DNA of 64,000 bases from Spirochaetota bacterium (GTDB taxonomy: Bacteria > Spirochaetota > UBA4802 > UBA5550), in the NCBI GenBank assembly GCA_050298055.1, contig JBNKTL010000016.1, forward strand, positions 1 to 64,000, written 5' to 3'. The notes beneath the pieces are model-generated. The model saw only the letters and a program-made list of their open reading frames with translations, was not told the DNA's origin and did no database searches. This document shows positions 59,285-64,000 of this stretch, in pieces. The position numbers were made by a program, and so were the translations under genes. The first letter of the stretch is position 1. Every line of letters starts with the position of its first letter.

Positions 59285-59887
59285 ATGGGTAACAGTGAAG
59301 AATTTAAAGAGAGGGCGCTGAGAAAGATCCGGTCAAAAGAGAGCTTTAATGATACCCGCAGAAAAAGACGACTTTCCAAAATATTCCTGGTCGTAGACGC
59401 GGTAATCATACTGCTGGTGATGCTCTATTTTTATGACGGGGATGGGCCCGAAGAAGCCTATTATACCACTAAGCTTGATTACAAAAAAATGGAATTCAGG
59501 TTTTCTGTGGCCACCGTGAAAAAAAGTAAAAGCTACCTCTTTACACTTTCCATTAAGTCCAACAGGAAGAGGGAGAGTGAGATCAGTTTTAATAATTCTA
59601 TTGCCCGGATTGAAATTTTCCAGGATAAAAATAAACTTCTGGAAAAGGGACTGGGAAACGGTGTAAACAGGTTAAGAATGCATCCCAGTGAAATAAAATC
59701 ATTTGCAGAAAACATCGACTATCGGCTTATGGATAACTATATAAAGGAAAACAGTGATCTGCTTCAGGTGAGGAAAAAGTCACTGATCCGGTTCAGGAAC
59801 CAGGAAGTAAACTTCACCGCAAAGATCACTTTAAATACTTCTGAAAAGATTACTGCAACTGTAGATTTTAAACACGGGGTAAAGTAG
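59285..59887 (+). CDS. Hypothetical single-TM membrane protein
   Basis: Basic N-terminus, one hydrophobic helix, beta-rich soluble domain. Confidence 0.6.
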   Translation: MGNSEEFKERALRKIRSKESFNDTRRKRRLSKIFLVVDAVIILLVMLYFYDGDGPEEAYYTTKLDYKKMEFRFSVATVKKSKSYLFTLSIKSNRKRESEISFNNSIARIEIFQDKNKLLEKGLGNGVNRLRMHPSEIKSFAENIDYRLMDNYIKENSDLLQVRKKSLIRFRNQEVNFTAKITLNTSEKITATVDFKHGVK

Positions 59888-60342
59888 TGGAAGAGAGAAT
59901 ATCATGGGACAGGTATTTTATGATGATTGCCGAAGATGTTTCAACCAGGGCCACCTGCATAAGAAGAAGGGTCGGCACGGTCATCGTAAAGAACAAGAGA
60001 ATACTCTCAACAGGTTATAACGGACCACCGTCAGGGATTTCACACTGTGATTCTGAAAAGTGTCTTCGTACGAAATTCAATGTCCCGTCGGGTGAAAGGC
60101 ATGAACTCTGCAGGGGGCTTCACGCGGAGCAGAACGCGATTATTCAGGCAGCACAATACGGCGTCTCAATAAGTGACGCACAGATATACGTAACTCATCA
60201 GCCATGCTCCATTTGTACTAAAATGCTGATAAACAGCGGAATAAAGAAATTCACCTACAGGTCCCCCTATGATGACGAACTGGCAGCAGAAATGGTCAAA
60301 GAGGCCGGCGTCGAAATAATCATTCTTAATGAAAAGAATTAA
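59887..60342 (+). CDS. dCMP deaminase family protein (ComEB-like)
   Basis: WD.YFM, RATC.RR.VG, TGYNG, HAEQNAI, PC..C zinc motif. Confidence 0.92.
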   Translation: MEERISWDRYFMMIAEDVSTRATCIRRRVGTVIVKNKRILSTGYNGPPSGISHCDSEKCLRTKFNVPSGERHELCRGLHAEQNAIIQAAQYGVSISDAQIYVTHQPCSICTKMLINSGIKKFTYRSPYDDELAAEMVKEAGVEIIILNEKN

Positions 60343-60352
60343 TTTATATATT

Positions 60353-60486
60353 ATAACTATGTATAAGAGCAACCATTTTCATTAAAAAAGATAAGTGATA
60401 TGTTCCCGCCGCCGAAGACTGCGGAAATATATTGTTGATATTTTAGTCAATATGTATATTTATAGCTATAAAGCTGAGTAAGTTAC
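60353..60486. repeat. Palindromic element family A (reverse orientation)
   Basis: AAAAAAGATAAGTGATATGTTCCCGCCGCC-GAA...ATATATTGTTGATATTT; right end AGCTGAGTAAGTTAC. Confidence 0.85.
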
Positions 60487-60563
60487 TATTTTATTATTGA
60501 TTACTGCGGTATATATTAATATCTTATAGTCAGCAGCCGATATGAATTAAGATTAACCCTTAA

Positions 60564-61289
60564 ATGAAAATAATGAGAGTATATAAAATAATTACAATAC
60601 TTGCAGTAATCATCTGCTTTCTCCCAGAGGGAAACATTTTCTTAAAGGAAAAAAGTGAAAATGACCCGCTCTACCAAAAGGCTACCGGGTACTTTTTTCA
60701 GAAAAAGTTCGAGATGGCAGAACTTCTCCTTCAGGAGGTCATAAAGAGAAACCCGGAAAATGTCATGGCCTACTCCTACCTTGGTGATATCTTTCTTAAA
60801 AAGAAGAGATACGACGGCGCCCTCAACCTCTACAAAAAGGCACTTGACCTGAATCCTGATATGGCGGAAAACCACTTCAGGATTGGGCAGATATACTACT
60901 ATAAAAAAATGGGAGACCTGTCAATAGAGAGCTTCAGGAAATCACTTGAACTTGACAGTAAGATAAAGTACGCCTACTATCATATCGGCCTGAGCTATCT
61001 GATGCTTCTCCGCGATAAAAAGAATACAATTGAAAACTGGGAAACCTATATCAAACTTGCACCCGAAGATCCCCAGTATGAGAAGATCAGGCGGGTTATA
61101 GAACTTCTAAAAGACCCGAACTTTATCATACCTCCCGTGGGAAGCGATATATCCATCGAAGAGGCACTCCTCCTGGGAGGAGTGACACTCAATGAGGTTG
61201 AGAGGAAAGCAAGAGATAAAAAAGCCGGTCATGAGGTAAAAAAAACAAAGGAAAAGATAGAAGAGATCTATAAAGACGATGATCTTTAA
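60564..61289 (+). CDS. Exported tetratricopeptide repeat protein
   Basis: Hydrophobic N-terminus; AYSYLG...A...YKKAL.LNP TPR units. Confidence 0.85.
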   Translation: MKIMRVYKIITILAVIICFLPEGNIFLKEKSENDPLYQKATGYFFQKKFEMAELLLQEVIKRNPENVMAYSYLGDIFLKKKRYDGALNLYKKALDLNPDMAENHFRIGQIYYYKKMGDLSIESFRKSLELDSKIKYAYYHIGLSYLMLLRDKKNTIENWETYIKLAPEDPQYEKIRRVIELLKDPNFIIPPVGSDISIEEALLLGGVTLNEVERKARDKKAGHEVKKTKEKIEEIYKDDDL

Positions 61290-61318
61290 AGCACCTACTA
61301 TCATTACCAGGAGGAGTT

Positions 61319-63721
61319 ATGCTTAATAATCTTGACAACAAAACGATAATTGGCGGAGGAATCGGGATAATCCTGCTCCTCCTTCTTTCAGGTTATTTTT
61401 TCTTCGGTTCGGGAGATAAGCTGTCTGATATTGAAGACAAGCGGATGAAACAGATTGAACTCTATACCGAACTCCTTGAGACGGATCCTTCAAATATTGA
61501 TACCCTCATAAAACTCGGGAACCTCTATAAGTCAATCGGTGAACTTGACCGCGCCATTGATCTCTATAAAAAGGCCCTGAAGAATGATCCCGGGAACTAC
61601 GATGTACTCAATGAACTGGGCCATGCCTACGCCCTTGCCGGTGACTATGAAAATGCAATAAAAACATTCAGGCTTGCCCAAAAGTCCAAACCGAAATATC
61701 CGAAAGCATACAACAGGCTGGGAAATGTATTTGATGATCAGGAAAAGCACCGTAAAGCTTTAAAAGAATATGTTTCCGCCCGCAGGGTTGATCCGTCAGA
61801 TCCCGACAGCTACAGAAACATCGCCCGTCAGAAATTCAGGAGGGGTGATGTTAACGGGGCCATCTCTACCATTAAACGCGGGATAAGGGCAAATCCCCGG
61901 GAAGCGGAAGGATATTACAACCTGGGAAATATCTACTACGATCTTAATAAGTACAAGGATGCTGAAAAATATCACAGAAAGGCCATTGCCCTGAATCCAA
62001 ACAGGGCCAGGTATCACCGCGGCCTCGGGGAAGACCTCATCAGGCAGGGAAGAGACACCGAATCCATCAATGCCTTTAATAGGGCCGTTGCCTTAAACCC
62101 TGCCGACGCGAAGGCATCAGAGAGAATCGGTGACATCTATGGGAAAAACAGAGATTACAGGAATGCGGCGGACAACTACAGGCGCGCGCTCCAGTATAAC
62201 AGCAGAGACAAGAACCTCAGGAGAAAATACCTTGCCGCACTGAGCAAGCTGGGTGATGCCCGCAAAATCGCAGGTAACGGAGGAAGAGGTGATTCCGGGG
62301 ACAGGGGAGATTCCGGAACAGGGAGAGGTACGGGAACAGGAAGAGATACCGGTGTTGCCGATACCGGCATGCAGGACACCGGAAGCGATATCTCCGACAC
62401 AGGTACGGGAACTGCACCCCGGAAGGGCAAGGACCTGAAGAAGGAAGCTCTCAAGTGGAGAGAGATCGGTGACAAGAGGAGACGCAGCAAGGAGTACAAG
62501 GACGCTATAAGCGCATACAGAAACGCCGTAGATGCCGACAAGAACGATGACTATTCACACTACTGGCTGGGCAGGCTCTATATGCACAGCAGGATGAACG
62601 ATGAAGCCAAGGAGTCTTTTCATAATGCGGTTATTGCAAATCCAAAGAATGCGGATGCTCACTACAGGCTGGGACTCATATATTATATGGAGAAAAAATA
62701 CAGTGCTGCCATAAAGTCATTCAGCAAGGCCATTCACATGAAGCCGGACTTTCCCAAGGCCTATTATTCCCGGGGACTTTCTTACTACAAGCTTAATGAC
62801 AGGGCAAGCGCCATCAAGAACCTGAAAAAATCCATACAGCAGGATTCAAAGCTTGACAGGGCATATTTCAACCTGGGCAATATCTACCTCAAGAGCAAGA
62901 ACTACAGTGAAGCCATGAGATACTTTTCCAAAGACAGGGAACTTCGCCCCAACAATCCCGATACAAATTTCAAGGTTGCGGAAACCTATCATGAGATGAA
63001 GTCATTTAACAATGCAGTACAGTTTTACCAGAAAACAATCAGCCTTGACCCGCAGTATCACCAGGCATATTTCAACCTCGCTCTCATCAAACATAAGAGA
63101 AAACATTATGCCGAAGCAATACAGCTCTTTAAAAAATCCGCATCGATCAAAGGCAACGATTATGCATCCTATTATGAAATTGGAAAGGCATATGAGGGAG
63201 CCGGAGATGACAACAACGCAATTGAAAACTACAACAAGGCGATATCACTCAACCCAAACTACACCAAGGCATATATAAACCTGGGCGAACTCTATGCAAA
63301 GAACAAACTTTATGACAAAGCCATGCAGCTTTACCGGAATGCGACACTGAACAATCCGAAGTCTTTCATTGCCCATTTCAACCTTGCGAACGCATACAGG
63401 GAATCGAAGATGTACGACGATGCCATAGAGGAATACAAGACATGCATAAACCTTAAACCTATTGACTACAAGTCCCACTTCTTCCTCGGCATGGCATACC
63501 GGGACAAGGGGAACTACACTGATGCCGTTAAATCTTTTGAGAGGTCCGCAAGCCTGAACAGAGGACTTGCCGATGCCCACGAAGAACTGGGGATGATCTA
63601 TTACAGAAAGCTGAAAAATAATCAGAAAGCGGTTGAGCATTTCAAGAAGCTTCTTTCCCTGGAACCCAATCATCCCAAGGCGGACAATATCCAGAACATC
63701 ATTAACATGCTTCAGAAGTAA
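61319..63721 (+). CDS. Large membrane-anchored TPR protein with central Gly/Thr/Asp linker
   Basis: GGAGGAG RBS; N-terminal TM; many AY.NLG..Y...A...Y.KAI..NP repeats in two blocks. Confidence 0.9.
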   Translation: MLNNLDNKTIIGGGIGIILLLLLSGYFFFGSGDKLSDIEDKRMKQIELYTELLETDPSNIDTLIKLGNLYKSIGELDRAIDLYKKALKNDPGNYDVLNELGHAYALAGDYENAIKTFRLAQKSKPKYPKAYNRLGNVFDDQEKHRKALKEYVSARRVDPSDPDSYRNIARQKFRRGDVNGAISTIKRGIRANPREAEGYYNLGNIYYDLNKYKDAEKYHRKAIALNPNRARYHRGLGEDLIRQGRDTESINAFNRAVALNPADAKASERIGDIYGKNRDYRNAADNYRRALQYNSRDKNLRRKYLAALSKLGDARKIAGNGGRGDSGDRGDSGTGRGTGTGRDTGVADTGMQDTGSDISDTGTGTAPRKGKDLKKEALKWREIGDKRRRSKEYKDAISAYRNAVDADKNDDYSHYWLGRLYMHSRMNDEAKESFHNAVIANPKNADAHYRLGLIYYMEKKYSAAIKSFSKAIHMKPDFPKAYYSRGLSYYKLNDRASAIKNLKKSIQQDSKLDRAYFNLGNIYLKSKNYSEAMRYFSKDRELRPNNPDTNFKVAETYHEMKSFNNAVQFYQKTISLDPQYHQAYFNLALIKHKRKHYAEAIQLFKKSASIKGNDYASYYEIGKAYEGAGDDNNAIENYNKAISLNPNYTKAYINLGELYAKNKLYDKAMQLYRNATLNNPKSFIAHFNLANAYRESKMYDDAIEEYKTCINLKPIDYKSHFFLGMAYRDKGNYTDAVKSFERSASLNRGLADAHEELGMIYYRKLKNNQKAVEHFKKLLSLEPNHPKADNIQNIINMLQK

Positions 63722-63733
63722 TAATAGCGGGTT

Positions 63734-64000
63734 GTGAAACTGCAGATAAAAGTGATCAGAGTATTTTTATTTTATATACTTTTTTCCATTTTAACGGTAT
63801 CGTGCACCTTTAAAAATAAAAGTATGGAGACCGTTGATTTTAATACCGAGGGTTTCCTGAACGGCAACTACTATCAGTATATTATAAAAAAATCCCCAGA
63901 GAAAAACACTTCAAGCCTTGTGGAGAAAAGGGAGAGCGCCTACCTTGAGGCAAAAAACAGTGCCGGGGAAATCGCACGGAAAAAACTTATCCGGTACTGC
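63734..64000 (+). CDS. Probable lipoprotein, truncated by the window end
   Basis: Open frame from GTG 63734: MKLQIKVIRVFLFYILFSILTVSCTFKNKSMETVDFNTEGFLNG...; lipobox LTVSC. Confidence 0.6.
   Translation, partial: MKLQIKVIRVFLFYILFSILTVSCTFKNKSMETVDFNTEGFLNGNYYQYIIKKSPEKNTSSLVEKRESAYLEAKNSAGEIARKKLIRYC

Overview
Moderately AT-rich bacterial chromosomal window of mostly housekeeping genes. The gene set (spirochaete-style lipoproteins, tandem cNMP Crp-like regulator, mcsA-mcsB-clpC without ctsR) suggests a free-living Spirochaetota member (inference). It contains an FKBP PPIase, a GH13_18 sugar phosphorylase, an exbB-exbD-exbD-tonB-TBDR operon, nnr, leuCD, mcsA-mcsB-clpC, argC, PTS enzyme I, tig-clpP-clpX-lon, four tRNAs, alr, hemW, nagZ, a TetR-fadN-thiolase beta-oxidation unit, a hybrid PAS kinase and TPR proteins. 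There is no transposase, prophage or CRISPR array. Four observations stand out. (1) A PhnD-like periplasmic binding protein gene (50182-51033), split in the ORF track by one in-frame TGA that is followed 11 nt later by a SECIS-like hairpin, is a candidate selenoprotein on a compositionally foreign patch beside tRNA-Leu. (2) An approximately 115-140 bp intergenic palindromic element with terminal inverted repeats and a central GC hairpin occurs in about 9 full or partial copies, alongside several other REP/MITE-like families. (3) A 58-aa Cys-rich protein is absent from the ORF track. (4) A nested multi-stem structure lies in the tig-clpP spacer. All calls come from motif recognition by eye; no database searches were run.
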